Shown piece by piece: positions 1 through 10,135 of a DNA stretch of 64,000 bases (positions within the stretch are counted from its first letter, which is position 1; the number at the start of each line of letters is the position of its first letter). The DNA is taken from the NCBI GenBank assembly GCA_963723515.1, contig CAVRQT010000002.1:782548-846547 (forward strand). Reading direction: 5' to 3'. This DNA comes from Vulcanimicrobiota bacterium (lineage in GTDB: Bacteria > Vulcanimicrobiota > Vulcanimicrobiia > Vulcanimicrobiales > Vulcanimicrobiaceae). The notes beneath the pieces are model-generated. The model worked only from the letters and a program-made list of their open reading frames with translations. It was not told the DNA's origin and did no database searches. The position numbers and the translations under genes are program-made.

Positions 1-350
1 AGGAAGACGATCGATTTCAGCAGCCCAACGCCGCCGCCTGCTAGAGCATTTCCCAATCCGAGAAACGGAAGCTTCGCGAAGCGATTGAGAAACCAAGCCA
101 CTGCGATGACCGCAATGTAGGTGAGAAGGCCGACGACGAACATCGCAACGACATGCGCGGATCCCGGTCCTAAATGCACGTAGCTTTGAAGTGTTTGGTC
201 CGCAAAGCCGTTATACCAAAACGGCGTAATCAAGGCGGCGAAGAGCGCGATGCCGCCGGTCAGCTCCGAAATGAAACCGCGTTTGTACCCCTTGAGCGTC
301 GCGATCAAGACGATCGCGCCGATGACCAGGTCCGGCCAAACGAGTCCCAT
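1..350 (-). CDS. cvpA: CvpA (colicin V production) family membrane protein, runs off window edge
   Basis: Manual translation MGLVWPDLVIGAIVLIATLKGYKRGFISEL...NALAGGGVGLLK matches the CvpA 'GxxRGF' N-terminus; ATG overlaps the pheT TGA. Confidence 0.75.
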   Translation of the reverse strand, partial: MGLVWPDLVIGAIVLIATLKGYKRGFISELTGGIALFAALITPFWYNGFADQTLQSYVHLGPGSAHVVAMFVVGLLTYIAVIAVAWFLNRFAKLPFLGLGNALAGGGVGLLKSIVF

Positions 351-2712
351 CAGGTGCGAAGCGTTGCGCCGAGCTTTTGTTGCAAGGCTTTAACGACGCG
401 CTCGACGACCTCGTCGGCTTGCGAGTCGGTCATTGTCGTGTCGTCGCGGCCTAAGATCATGCGTGCCGCGAGACTCTTGCGCTCCGGACCGATTTGCGGC
501 CCTCGGTATTCATCGAAGACGCGCACCCCTTTGCACAGCGGCCCCGCGGCCTCGAGCGATCGCTGCTTCGAGATGTGCCGCAGTGACGTCGAGCGGAAGG
601 ATCAACGCCAAATCGCGATCCGTTGTCGGGAAGCGCGACGGCACGGTGAAGCGCGGCGCAGTCTTCGGCGGCAAATTCTCAAGTTCAATGCCGCCTGCGT
701 AGACCGCAAGCTCGATGTCGTAGGCGCGCGTCAGTCGTGGATCGAGAGTGCCGACATACGCCACGCGCCGTTCGTCGAGCGATAACACGGCGGTTTTTCC
801 GGGGTGGAAACCACGCAATTCTGCGGCCTGCTCCTCGGGCGTTCGGCCGGTCAATTCATGAACGAGCGCTTGCGCGTGCCCCTTAGCGCGCAGAAAGTGC
901 GAATCGCGCCACGGCGGCTCGTCGAGTCGTTTTGCCGTGAAGGCAAAACCGACGACCGCATGTTCGTCAACCGGAGCGCTTGCCTCGAAGACATGTCCGA
1001 TCTCAAAAATCTTCATCGGTTCGCGCAACCGTGCAAAGTATTCGAGGAAGCCGGGTTCTAAAGCGCGTCGTAAGTAGCGCTGATCCTCGGAGAGCGGGTT
1101 GCGAACTTCGGCCAGCGGCACATCGGGTAAACCGGCTTGCGCGCTCTTCTCTTGCACGCGCGATCCATGCAACGAGTAAGAGACGATCTCATGGTAGCCC
1201 AGCGCAGCGAGGGCGCGGGCGGCGCTGCGTTCGCGCAAGTATTCAGCGCTCGAAATGTCGCGGGGCGCCAGCTCCGGAAACTCGGCCGGCACATTCGCAT
1301 AGCCGGCCATCCGCGCGATCTCTTCGACGATGTCGGCTGCATACGTGACGTCGCGTCGCCAAAGTGGCGGCGTGACGTCAAGCATGTCACGAGTTGGGCG
1401 ATGTGACGGAGAAGCCAAGACCCTCGAGATAGGCTTCGACCTCGCCTTGCGGCAGTTCGAAGCCGAGTAAACGCTTGACCTCGCCGAGCGGAAAACGGAT
1501 CGACGGCGGCGCTTCAATCGGCTTGCCGAAGATCAGTGCCGGATGCGGCGTAGCGCCTTCGTCCGCAAGAAGATTTGCGGCGCGTGTGGCGCCGTAATCG
1601 GTGAGGATCGGCGCAAGGCCTTTCTCGTGGCGCGCTGAGGCTTCGGTGCGCAAACCTAAAGCGGCGCTCATTCGGCGAATGCGCGCGCCGGCGAAGTTCG
1701 CGGCCTCAAGAATAATCGATGTTGTCGCCTCGGTGACTTCAGTTCTTTGGCCGCCTTTGAGACCGGCGAGCCCTTGCGCTCCGGCGTCATCGGCGATGAC
1801 GAGATCGCGCGACGACAGCTCGTACTGCATGCCGTCGAGCGTCGTTAGCCGCTCCTTGTCGCCGGCGTCGCGCGCGATCAGATGGCGGCCCGTGATCTTC
1901 GCTGCATCGTAAAAATGCAGCGGCTGACCGACTTCGAGCATGACGTAATTCGAGATGTCGACGACGTTATTGATTGGCCGCTGTCCGGCGAGCGCGAGGC
2001 GCACGCGCATCCAAAGCGGCGAGATGCCGATGCGCACGTCGCTGAACCGTTGAGCGACGAACCGTGGGCAGTCTTTCGACTTGAGCGTAACGCTGACGCC
2101 TTGCGGATCCTCGCCGCCTGGTACGACTTCTTGCATGCCGGCCGGAGGCCGCAGCGGCGTGCGGTATGCGGCCGCAAGTTCGCGCGCCAGGCCAAAGATC
2201 GACATCGCATCCGGCCGGTTCGTCGTGATCTCGACGTCGAGGACATCGTCGCTCAACTGAAGCCACTGCACGACGTCTACGCCCAAGCGCGCGTCGCCGT
2301 TCAGCTGCAAGATACCGTCTTCGAACCATTCCGGTGGAAGCCCGAGCTCGTCGGCTGAGATCATCATGCCCTCGGATTCAAAGCCGCGCATCTTGCGCCG
2401 CTCGATCGTGAGGTTGGGAAGTCGTGCGCCTATCGTCGCAACCGCAATCGTTTGATCGACTGCGACGTTCGTTGCGGCGGTCGCAACGTTTAGCCGCCGC
2501 TCGTTGCCGACGTCAACGCCGGCGACCAACAGCCGATCGGCATTCGGATGCCGCTCGAGAGTCGCGATTCGACCGATGACGATGCCGGAGAGCGCCGGTC
2601 GCTTGACGATGTCTTCAACGGGGAAGCCAATCTCTGCCAAACGATCGGCGATCGCTTGCGAATCGGCGGGCAAATCGACGAACTCGCGCAACCACGCAAT
2701 GGGAGTTCTCAA
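350..2712 (-). CDS. pheT: Phenylalanine-tRNA ligase beta subunit (frameshifted near ~1400 and ~540)
   Basis: ORFs 1387..2712 and 510..1517 carry HPNADRL, TTNRPD, PINNVVDISNYVMLEVGQPLH, NPLSED and RFPTTDRDLA motifs; downstream of pheS. Confidence 0.95.
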
Positions 2713-2828
2713 TTAGACGGCGCTCCGCTCTAAGCTACGCGCCCCCCAGCCGAGCTGGGGCCCCCAGGCCATCGCTCCCTCGCGAATGTCGAAGAAACAC
2801 CATGCCCCGTGGGGTCGCGGAAGAAACA

Positions 2829-3863
2829 TTATCGTAGCTGCTCCAAGAATTGCGGGTCGTTTTCAAAGAAGCGGCGGATGTCGTCGATCCCGTAGCGCCG
2901 TAGTGCGATGCGCTCAAGGCCAAAGCCGAACGCCCAGCCGGAGTAGACGTCAGGATCGTACTTCAAGTTGCGCAAGACGTTCGGATGCACCATCCCGGAA
3001 CCGCCGAGCTCGATCCATCGCGCGCCGCCGCACATCCGGCAAGCGCCGCCCTCACCTTTGCAAACGGGACACCGCGCATCGACTTCAGCGCTCGGTTCGG
3101 TGAACGGAAAATATGACGGCCGAAAGCGCAGGTCGGTCTCAACGCCAAAGAGCTCACGGCACATGCCGATCAACATTCCCTTGAGATGTCCAAAGTGGAT
3201 CGCCTCGCCGACGAGCAGTCCCTCAACTTGATGGAACATGAACGAGTGTCGTGCATCGACCGCGTCGCGCCGATAGCATTTTCCCGGCACGATCACGGCC
3301 ACGGGCGGCGCAAACGCTTCGAGCGTGCGAATCTGCATCGGCGAGGTATGGGGACGTAAGAGCATCGTGTCGCTCAGATAGAACGAATCAAAGCCTTCAC
3401 GCGCCGGATGGTCCGGCGGAATATTCAGCGCATCAAAGTTGTAGTAATCCGGCTCCGCTTCTGGACCAAGCACGATCGCAAAACCGTGCCGTTCGAAGTA
3501 TGAGGCGATGTCTTCCATGACTTGCCGAATCGGATGCAGCGAGCCGAGATCAGGCTTTTCAGCCGGAAACGTTACATCGATCGACTGCTGAAGCGCCGCT
3601 TCAAAGCCCCTGTTTTCCGAGCTTCGCAGCGCGTCATCGAGCGCCGCTTCCATCTTAGCCACGGCTTCGTTGATGATCCGACCGGCATCTGGGCGCTGGG
3701 CGGCCGGCAACGAACCGATCGCGCGGCGCACTTTGGTGACCTCTCCGTTGCGGCCGAGGAAGGAGACGCGCACCGCGTCGAGCGCTTTGCCGTCCAATGC
3801 AGCAGCGAGCGCATCGTCAAAGCGCCCTCGCATTGCTTCCAACTGCTGCTCTAAATCGCTCAT
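2829..3863 (-). CDS. pheS: Phenylalanine-tRNA ligase alpha subunit
   Basis: NFDALNIPPDHPAR, FHQVEG, FRPSYFPFTEPS, GWAFGFGLER motifs. Confidence 0.98.
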   Translation of the reverse strand: MSDLEQQLEAMRGRFDDALAAALDGKALDAVRVSFLGRNGEVTKVRRAIGSLPAAQRPDAGRIINEAVAKMEAALDDALRSSENRGFEAALQQSIDVTFPAEKPDLGSLHPIRQVMEDIASYFERHGFAIVLGPEAEPDYYNFDALNIPPDHPAREGFDSFYLSDTMLLRPHTSPMQIRTLEAFAPPVAVIVPGKCYRRDAVDARHSFMFHQVEGLLVGEAIHFGHLKGMLIGMCRELFGVETDLRFRPSYFPFTEPSAEVDARCPVCKGEGGACRMCGGARWIELGGSGMVHPNVLRNLKYDPDVYSGWAFGFGLERIALRRYGIDDIRRFFENDPQFLEQLR

Positions 3864-3870
3864 TACAAAT

Positions 3871-3904
3871 GAAAAAGCGCCCGGCTGGTTTTTCCGGGCG
3901 CTCT
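3871..3904 (-). terminator. Intrinsic terminator-like hairpin immediately upstream of pheS
   Basis: Minus strand AGCGCCCGG-aaaaaccag-CCGGGCGCT followed by TTTT, ending ~8 nt before the pheS ATG. Confidence 0.65.
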
Positions 3905-3928
3905 TGAAACTCTACCTTTTTTCGCGCT

Positions 3929-4030
3929 TTAGGACGGATTCGGACTCGGATGGAGCTGCCGATAAATCAGGTAAGCGTTGATCGACCCGGTTGTCTTGAA
4001 CAGCTTCCAAAAAAAGTCGCAGGTGGCCAT
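3929..4030 (-). CDS. YqzL-family small protein (33 aa)
   Basis: MATCDFFWKLFKTTGSINAYLIYRQL resembles the YqzL pattern FxWxxFxxTGxIxxYLxY; AAGGAG upstream. Confidence 0.7.
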   Translation of the reverse strand: MATCDFFWKLFKTTGSINAYLIYRQLHPSPNPS

Positions 4031-4094
4031 ATGTGCGCTGCTTCTCCTTCTCATCGGTCGGTCCGCACGCCGGTAGGGCTCTGTGCGTGCGAAG

Positions 4095-4103
4095 AGTATA
4101 GCA
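4095..4103 (-). promoter_or_regulatory. Extended -10 promoter element for yqzL/pheST
   Basis: TGCTATACT on the minus strand upstream of the YqzL ORF. Confidence 0.45.
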
Positions 4104-4172
4104 TGCGACTTTTCCACAGGGTAGTCTTGACAGATTGTCCGATTTGGACTGTCTTGACAAACTCCTGGCCGC

Positions 4173-4955
4173 TCAGCTTCCGCTCCTGGACGCCTCGTAC
4201 AATGCAACCGTGCCGGCCATGGCGGCATTGAGCGATTCAGCCGTTCCAGCCGTGGGAATAGCAAGCAGCCGGTCGCACGCATCTTGCCAGCGTCCTAATC
4301 CGTGCCGCTCGTGCCCAACCACAATCGCCGATTTCGGCGCTAGCGCAAGGCGATCGAGCGGCTCTCCCTCACGCGAGAGTCCGAACACCGTCCAGCCGTG
4401 AGCTGTTGCAAGCTCGGAACATTCGCGCGGCGGCGCCTGAGCAATCCGCGCGCGAAAGAGCGATCCCATCGCAGCTCGCACCACTTTGGGGTGGTGCGGC
4501 TCGACGCCGGCGTCGCCGAACAGCACTCCGCGTACGCCGAATGCATCGGCGGCACGCACCAGCGTACCGGCATTGCCGGGGTCATTGAGATCGGCCAAAA
4601 CCAAGATGCGGCCGCCGGCTTCGAAGAGCGCTGCGGCTTCTAAGAGATTCGCTTTTCCGATCGCGACGATGCCTGGCGGTGTCACCAGATCGGAAAGCGA
4701 TTTGAGCGTGCGAACGTCGACGAGGTAAATCGGCGGCTCTTCACGCCGATCGATCTCTTGAAGCAGCGCGAACGTTTCAAACGCTTGGGCCGTCGCGAAG
4801 ATCGCCTCCATTTCTACGCTTGAGGAAAGCGCTTCGGCGAGCACGGTCGGGCCTTCGAGCAAGAAGTGTCCCTGAGAACGCCGTTCCCGACCCTTTAGTA
4901 GGCGACGCGCCTCGGTTAAGCGCCGGTTGTGCGCCCCCAGCACTTGCGGACTCAT
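4173..4955 (-). CDS. TrmH/SpoU family RNA 2'-O-methyltransferase
   Basis: DPGNAGTLVR, VVRAAMGS, VVGHERHGL, ESLNAAMA SPOUT motifs; true start MSPQVLG at 4955. Confidence 0.92.
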   Translation of the reverse strand: MSPQVLGAHNRRLTEARRLLKGRERRSQGHFLLEGPTVLAEALSSSVEMEAIFATAQAFETFALLQEIDRREEPPIYLVDVRTLKSLSDLVTPPGIVAIGKANLLEAAALFEAGGRILVLADLNDPGNAGTLVRAADAFGVRGVLFGDAGVEPHHPKVVRAAMGSLFRARIAQAPPRECSELATAHGWTVFGLSREGEPLDRLALAPKSAIVVGHERHGLGRWQDACDRLLAIPTAGTAESLNAAMAGTVALYEASRSGS

Positions 4956-5149
4956 CGGCGAAACCGGCGGATGTAGAAGAGGTAGCGCACGAAGATCGTG
5001 AGCATCCCGACGATGATGCTCGCGAGCATCAAGACGATGATCGGATTGTAATGCCGAGGAAGCAGCATCGCATTGAGCACGCTCAAGAACGCGACGAAGA
5101 GTACGATGAAAAGCACCAAGAATCCGATCTCTGCTTTGATGCCGGTCAC
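4952..5149 (-). CDS. Small two-helix membrane protein
   Basis: 65 aa with two hydrophobic stretches; stop overlaps the TrmH start (ATGA). Confidence 0.6.
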   Translation of the reverse strand: MTGIKAEIGFLVLFIVLFVAFLSVLNAMLLPRHYNPIIVLMLASIIVGMLTIFVRYLFYIRRFRR

Positions 5150-5208
5150 GATGCGCTCTTGCGGCGTCGCGCAGGCGTTCCCTCGCAGCGAGAAAATTTA
5201 CCGCAATC

Positions 5209-5757
5209 GTGACTGAAGAGCGACCGCAAGTCATTTCCTCGGAGCCGGTTTTTGAGGGGCGCGTCTTCAACGTGCGGGTTGACGTCGTCAGACAGAACGG
5301 TAAGGCGTGCCGCTATGACATCGTCGAGCACCCGGTCTCTTACGCGATCGTTGCGCGGCCCCAAATCGATAAAGTACTGCTGATCCGGCAGTATCGGCAT
5401 GCTACGGGCGGATATTTGTGGGAGTTGCCGGCCGGATCTTCGGAGCCCACTGAAGAGGCAATTGACGGCGTTCGGCGCGAGCTCCGAGAGGAGACGGGCT
5501 ACTCGGCGGAGTCCGTTCGCGAAATTCTCTCGACGTACATGACGCCAGGTTTTTGCACGGAAGTGATGCGATTTTTCGTCGCTGACGGGCTCACGAGCGG
5601 CCCGACGCAGTTCGATGAAGATGAAGATATCGAGACGCAGACGTTCTCGCTCGCCCAAGCAATCGAAATGATCCGCAACGGCGACATCGTCGATGCAAAA
5701 TCGATCGTCGGATTGCTCTACTTCGAGCGGTTTGCGCACGGCAGCGTAAGCGCGTGA
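5209..5757 (+). CDS. NUDIX hydrolase (ADP-ribose pyrophosphatase-like)
   Basis: RQYR, ELPAG, RRELREETGY Nudix box, IVDAKS. Confidence 0.92.
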   Translation: MTEERPQVISSEPVFEGRVFNVRVDVVRQNGKACRYDIVEHPVSYAIVARPQIDKVLLIRQYRHATGGYLWELPAGSSEPTEEAIDGVRRELREETGYSAESVREILSTYMTPGFCTEVMRFFVADGLTSGPTQFDEDEDIETQTFSLAQAIEMIRNGDIVDAKSIVGLLYFERFAHGSVSA

Positions 5758-5814
5758 ATCGGGCGCCGATCGTCGTGTTCGCCACTAGGCTGGCCGCCTG
5801 GGCTAGCAGTGCGA

Positions 5815-5886
5815 GGCGACACGGTCCGCGCAGCCGACGTCGACCGCCGGTGGATCGGCTGGCTCGCCCACTATTTGCGTTAGCGA
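5815..5886 (+). repeat. 72-bp direct repeat of 9451..9522 (3' end of the second S9 peptidase gene)
   Basis: GGCGAC-CGGTCCGCGCAGCCGACGTCGACCGCCGGTGGATCGGCTGGCTCGCCC-CTATTTGCGTTAGCGA; 2 mismatches by eye. Confidence 0.9.
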
Positions 5887-5903
5887 GAAATCGCGTTTAA
5901 CCC

Positions 5904-7406
5904 CATCTCGATGCCTTTGAAGTCGGCGACAACGACTATCTGAGGACGGAAGCCTCCGTTCCCTCGCATTTGTGGATCATTGCCGCCTCAGGTGGAACGG
6001 CAAAGCGGCTCACGGAGGGAACCTTCAGCCTCTCCACTGTCGATCCGGATGTTGGGTCCGAACTATCCTGGTCTGCCGACGGCCGATATATCGCCTTCAA
6101 TCGTTTGCCCAATGCGATCTACGGCGACTCGCTGGGCAGCGTCATCGCATTCTACGATTTGCGCGCGCATCGATTGCGCAGACTGACGACGCATGCCGGT
6201 TTGGAAGGTGATCCGCTGTTTGCACCACGCGGTGACTTGATCGCCTATGGAAGACCGACGAACGGCGATACAACCGCTGGCAGCGGCGTCACGCTCACCC
6301 GCATCGGCGGCGGAAACGGTTCCGATATTCGGCGCAATCTCGATCGCAACATCGACGCCAAAGAATGGCTGCCGGATGCAAGCGGCATGTTGCTGTTCGG
6401 CATCGATGACGCGCATGATGCGGTGTGGATGCAACCACTGAATGGCTCGGCACAGCGTCTTCCGCTTGGAAGCCTGAACATCGCGCAATCCGGCAACATT
6501 GCACCCAGCGGCGCGATGCCGTTCGTCGCAACACGCTCGAACCACCCATCCGAGCTGTTCTACCTGCCATCTTTGCGCGGCAAGCCGGTCGCGCTCACAA
6601 ACGCAAACGGCTTCATCGATGCTCTGTCGCTCGGTCATGTTGCGACCGTGACGTGGCGCGGGCCAAATGGCTTCATAGAAGACGGCGTCCTGACGACGCC
6701 ACCCGGATTTGTAAGAGCGCGACGCTATCCGCTCGTCTTGCTGATTCACGGCGGACCGCAGTCGGCTTCCACGGAGAATTGGAATACGCGCCGCCTGTTG
6801 ATTGCGTCGCGCGGTTATGTCGTCTTCGAGCCAAATTATCGCGGAAGCACGAATCTGGGCGATCGATACGAGCGCGCGATTTCACGCGATGCGGGTGAAG
6901 GGCCCGGCAAGGACGTGATGGCCGGCGTTCAGAGGGTACTGCAAATGGGCTTTGTCGATCCCAACCGCATCGCGGTTTCGGGATGGTCGTACGGCGGTTA
7001 CATGACGTCGTGGCTCGAGGGTCATTATCATCTCTGGAAAGCAGCGGTTGCCGGCGCGGCGCTCAACGACTATTTCGATGACTACAACGTATCGTTTTAC
7101 GTGAAGACGGATGTGCCGTGGTTTCCAGGGCCGCCGACAAACCGAAAATTTGCATGGATGTGGTGGCAGCAATCGCCGCTGGCATACGCCGCACAAATCA
7201 ATACGCCGACGCTTATCTTGCATGACACCAGCGACAACAACGTGACGATCACGAATTCGTACAAGATGTACCATGCCCTTAAGGATCGCAACGTTCCGGT
7301 CGAGTTTATCGGGATTCCGGTCGAGGGACACGTTCCATCGGATCCGGTGCGTTTGGAAGATGTGAACCGCTATTGGATCGGCTGGCTGGACAAGTACTTG
7401 AAGTGA
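5904..7406 (+). CDS. S9 family (prolyl oligopeptidase/acylaminoacyl peptidase) peptidase, N-terminus missing
   Basis: IHGGP, PNYRGS, GWSYGGY nucleophile and EGH motifs; the frame upstream of 5970 (HLDAFEVGDNDYL) aligns to the middle of the downstream paralogue. Confidence 0.88.
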   Translation, partial: HLDAFEVGDNDYLRTEASVPSHLWIIAASGGTAKRLTEGTFSLSTVDPDVGSELSWSADGRYIAFNRLPNAIYGDSLGSVIAFYDLRAHRLRRLTTHAGLEGDPLFAPRGDLIAYGRPTNGDTTAGSGVTLTRIGGGNGSDIRRNLDRNIDAKEWLPDASGMLLFGIDDAHDAVWMQPLNGSAQRLPLGSLNIAQSGNIAPSGAMPFVATRSNHPSELFYLPSLRGKPVALTNANGFIDALSLGHVATVTWRGPNGFIEDGVLTTPPGFVRARRYPLVLLIHGGPQSASTENWNTRRLLIASRGYVVFEPNYRGSTNLGDRYERAISRDAGEGPGKDVMAGVQRVLQMGFVDPNRIAVSGWSYGGYMTSWLEGHYHLWKAAVAGAALNDYFDDYNVSFYVKTDVPWFPGPPTNRKFAWMWWQQSPLAYAAQINTPTLILHDTSDNNVTITNSYKMYHALKDRNVPVEFIGIPVEGHVPSDPVRLEDVNRYWIGWLDKYLK

Positions 7407-9519
7407 AATACCGCCACGGCGAAACGATAAAGCATCACGGCGAAATGCTGAACTGTCACGTTGAGCCCGTCGAAGCGCCACGATTAGGGCTGCCCTTCGA
7501 CAAGCTCAGGGTGACAGGCATTACATTGCCACTCGTTACGGCGATATTTTTCATTGCTGCCTTAGCGCCCGCACAGGCTCGCAAAATACAACTCGAGGAC
7601 TTCAACCGGATTATCAATGTCTCTGATGTGCAGATTTCGCCGAACGGCAAGCACATCGTATATCTTCAAGGGCGCGCGAATTTGAAGGACGATCGCTTCG
7701 AGCAACGGCTTATGCTATACGACCTCGCGACGCGGTCCGAACGGCCGTTGACGCTCGAACGACGGGGCCTAGGCTCGCCGCGGTGGTCGCCGGACAACTC
7801 AAGAATCGCATTCTTGGCATCCGCTGCGCCGAAGCGCGAACCGCAGCTTTTCGTTTTAGATCTGCGCGGCGGCGACCCGATGCGAATCACCAGCGCCCAG
7901 CGCGGTGTTGAGCAGTTCGCATGGCGGCCGGATTCGCAAGCGATCGCGTACGTTACCGCGGACGAGCCGGCAAATCAAAAGCAGATCGAAAAGCACCACG
8001 ATCTCTTTGTCGTCGGCGACCAAGATTATCTCTCGACGCAGAGACCCACGCCAAATCACATCTGGCTCATCAACGTCGACGGTACCGGGAATCGACGCTT
8101 GACGTCGGGCCAGTGGAGTCTGCCGGGAAGCGAGCCGCCGAGCTCGCCCGCCTCTCCAATTTCGTGGTCCCCAGATGGTCGCTCGATTGCATTTACAAAG
8201 ATGCCGAACGCCTATGACGCGGACAGTGATTTCGCGATCGTCGCCACAATTGAGATCGCAACCGGCACAATACGGCCCTTTACATCGCACGGAAAGCTCG
8301 AAGGTTATGGCGAGTACTCGCCGGACGGCAGTAAGGTTGCGTATTGGTATCCATACAACGGTGACGGTGCCGCGCAAAACGACATCTACGTTGCGCCGGC
8401 CGAAGGCGGCGATGGAAACGATATTACTAAGGACGACATCGATACGAACGTTGAGCGCGCAATCTGGATGCCGGATTCAAAATCGCTGCTCGTCTCCGGA
8501 CATAAAGGCACCGACGCAGCGCTCTGGATCAAGCCGCTTAGCGGACCGGCACGACGCCTTTCATTGAACGGCGTTCAGCCGGTCCAGGCGTATTGGCTTG
8601 ACGCGAGCGTCAGCAACAACGGGGCGCTTGCGTTTGCAGCCACCGAGCCGCACCATCCAGTCGAGCTTTACTACATGCAAAGCTCGAACGCTGAACCGAT
8701 CCGTCTCACAAACCACAACGATCCGATCGCTGCACTCGATCTCGGCAAAGTCGAATCGATCTCGTGGACCGGACCAAATGGATTTCAAGAAGACGGTGTA
8801 TTGACATATCCGCCCGATTTTGTCGCCGGCAAACGCTACCGCTGGTGCTGAACATCCACGGCGGTCCGAATTCCGCGTCGATCGCGAGCTTTGGCGGCTT
8901 CTCGCAACTGCTTGCGGCGCACGGCTGGCTCGTCTTCTCACCGAATTATCGCGGAAGCGACAACCTTGGTGAAACGTATTGGCACGCGATCGTCGGCGAC
9001 GCTGGTGATGGTCCGGGCAAAGATGTGGTTGCCGGAGTCGAAGCGATCAAGCAAAAAGGGATTGTCGATGACTCGCGCATCGCCGTTTCCGGATGGTCGT
9101 ACGGCGGTTACATGACATCGTGGCTGATCGGACATTACCACTTCTGGAAGGCCGCGGTTTCCGGAGCAGCGGTGAATAACCTGATCGATCAATACGCCTT
9201 AGCTGACAATGGCGTGGGATGGCGCTACGAATTTGGTGGTAGGCCATGGAGCAGCCCGAAGATCTTCGCGCAATATCGCGCTCAGTCGCCCATCACGTAC
9301 GCGTCGAACATCACCACGCCGACGCTGATCTTAAGCGACACCGGCGACGCACGCGTGCCGATCACCGAATCGTATGCGATGTTTCGCGCTTTGCGCGACC
9401 ACCATGTGCCGACGCGTTTCTTTGCCTATCCGGTTGAGGGGCATTTCCCCGGCGACCCGGTCCGCGCAGCCGACGTCGACCGCCGGTGGATCGGCTGGCT
9501 CGCCCGCTATTTGCGTTAG
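7403..9519 (+). CDS. S9 family peptidase, secreted (frameshift near ~8840; start may be GTG 7511)
   Basis: Signal-peptide-like IFFIAALAPAQA, WSPDG propeller repeats, HGGP, GWSYGGY, EGH. Confidence 0.9.
7453..7517. repeat. Palindromic REP/MITE-like element (TGTCA..TGAGC..GTCGAAG / CTTCGACAAGCTCAGGGTGACA family)
   Basis: Imperfect inverted repeat CTGTCACGTTGAGCCCGTCGAAG ... CTTCGACAAGCTCAGGGTGACAG; related copies at 19245, 36152 and 47802. Confidence 0.85.
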
Positions 9520-9530
9520 CGACGGCGCGT

Positions 9531-9914
9531 TTACGTCCGAGCGGCTCGGCGCGGCTCCTCTTTTTGACCGGCTTTGGCGACCTTCAAGAGTGATGCAAAG
9601 GCGGCACCATCGCTAACCGCGAGTTCAGCAAGCGTCTTGCGGTTGAGCGTGACGCCCGATTTCTTCAAGCCGTTCATGAAGACGCTGTAGGTCATGCCCT
9701 CTTTGCGCGCGGCGGCATTGATCCGGCTGATCCAAAGCGAGCGGAAATCGCGCTTGCGAACGCGCCGGTCGCGGTACGCGTACGCGAGCGAGTGCAGAAG
9801 CGCTTCGTTTGCAACGCGGTAATTGCGGCGCCGTGCCGCACGAAAGCCCTTGACGAGCTTCATGACTTTGCGCCGGTGTTTGATGCCGCCAACACCGCGC
9901 TTGATGCGTGCCAT
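9531..9914 (-). CDS. rplT: 50S ribosomal protein L20
   Basis: MARIKRG...YAYRDRRVRKRDFRSLWISRINAAAR. Confidence 0.98.
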   Translation of the reverse strand: MARIKRGVGGIKHRRKVMKLVKGFRAARRRNYRVANEALLHSLAYAYRDRRVRKRDFRSLWISRINAAARKEGMTYSVFMNGLKKSGVTLNRKTLAELAVSDGAAFASLLKVAKAGQKEEPRRAART

Positions 9915-9928
9915 CTCTCTTTATCCTC

Positions 9929-10135
9929 CTACACCAAGTATGGAATCGTCGGCGCCAAACGCTTTAAGTCGCCCTTGAAAATCGGTTGGTCTTTGCGGAA
10001 TTTCCGCTTGCGTTTGCGCGTCTTCTTGCTAAGAATGTGACCGCAACCGCTGAATTGATGGCGGTGCGTTACCTTGCCGGTCGCACTAACCTTCACGCGT
10101 TTTGCGGTACCACGGTGGGTACGGATCTTAGGCAC
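9929..10135 (-). CDS. rpmI: 50S ribosomal protein L35
   Basis: MPKIRTHRGTAKRVKVSATGK...HILSKK; GTG start. Confidence 0.96.
   Translation of the reverse strand: MPKIRTHRGTAKRVKVSATGKVTHRHQFSGCGHILSKKTRKRKRKFRKDQPIFKGDLKRLAPTIPYLV

Noticed and set aside
3864..3930. T-box riboswitch before pheS
   Set aside because: No TGGNACC antiterminator motif or specifier stem recognised
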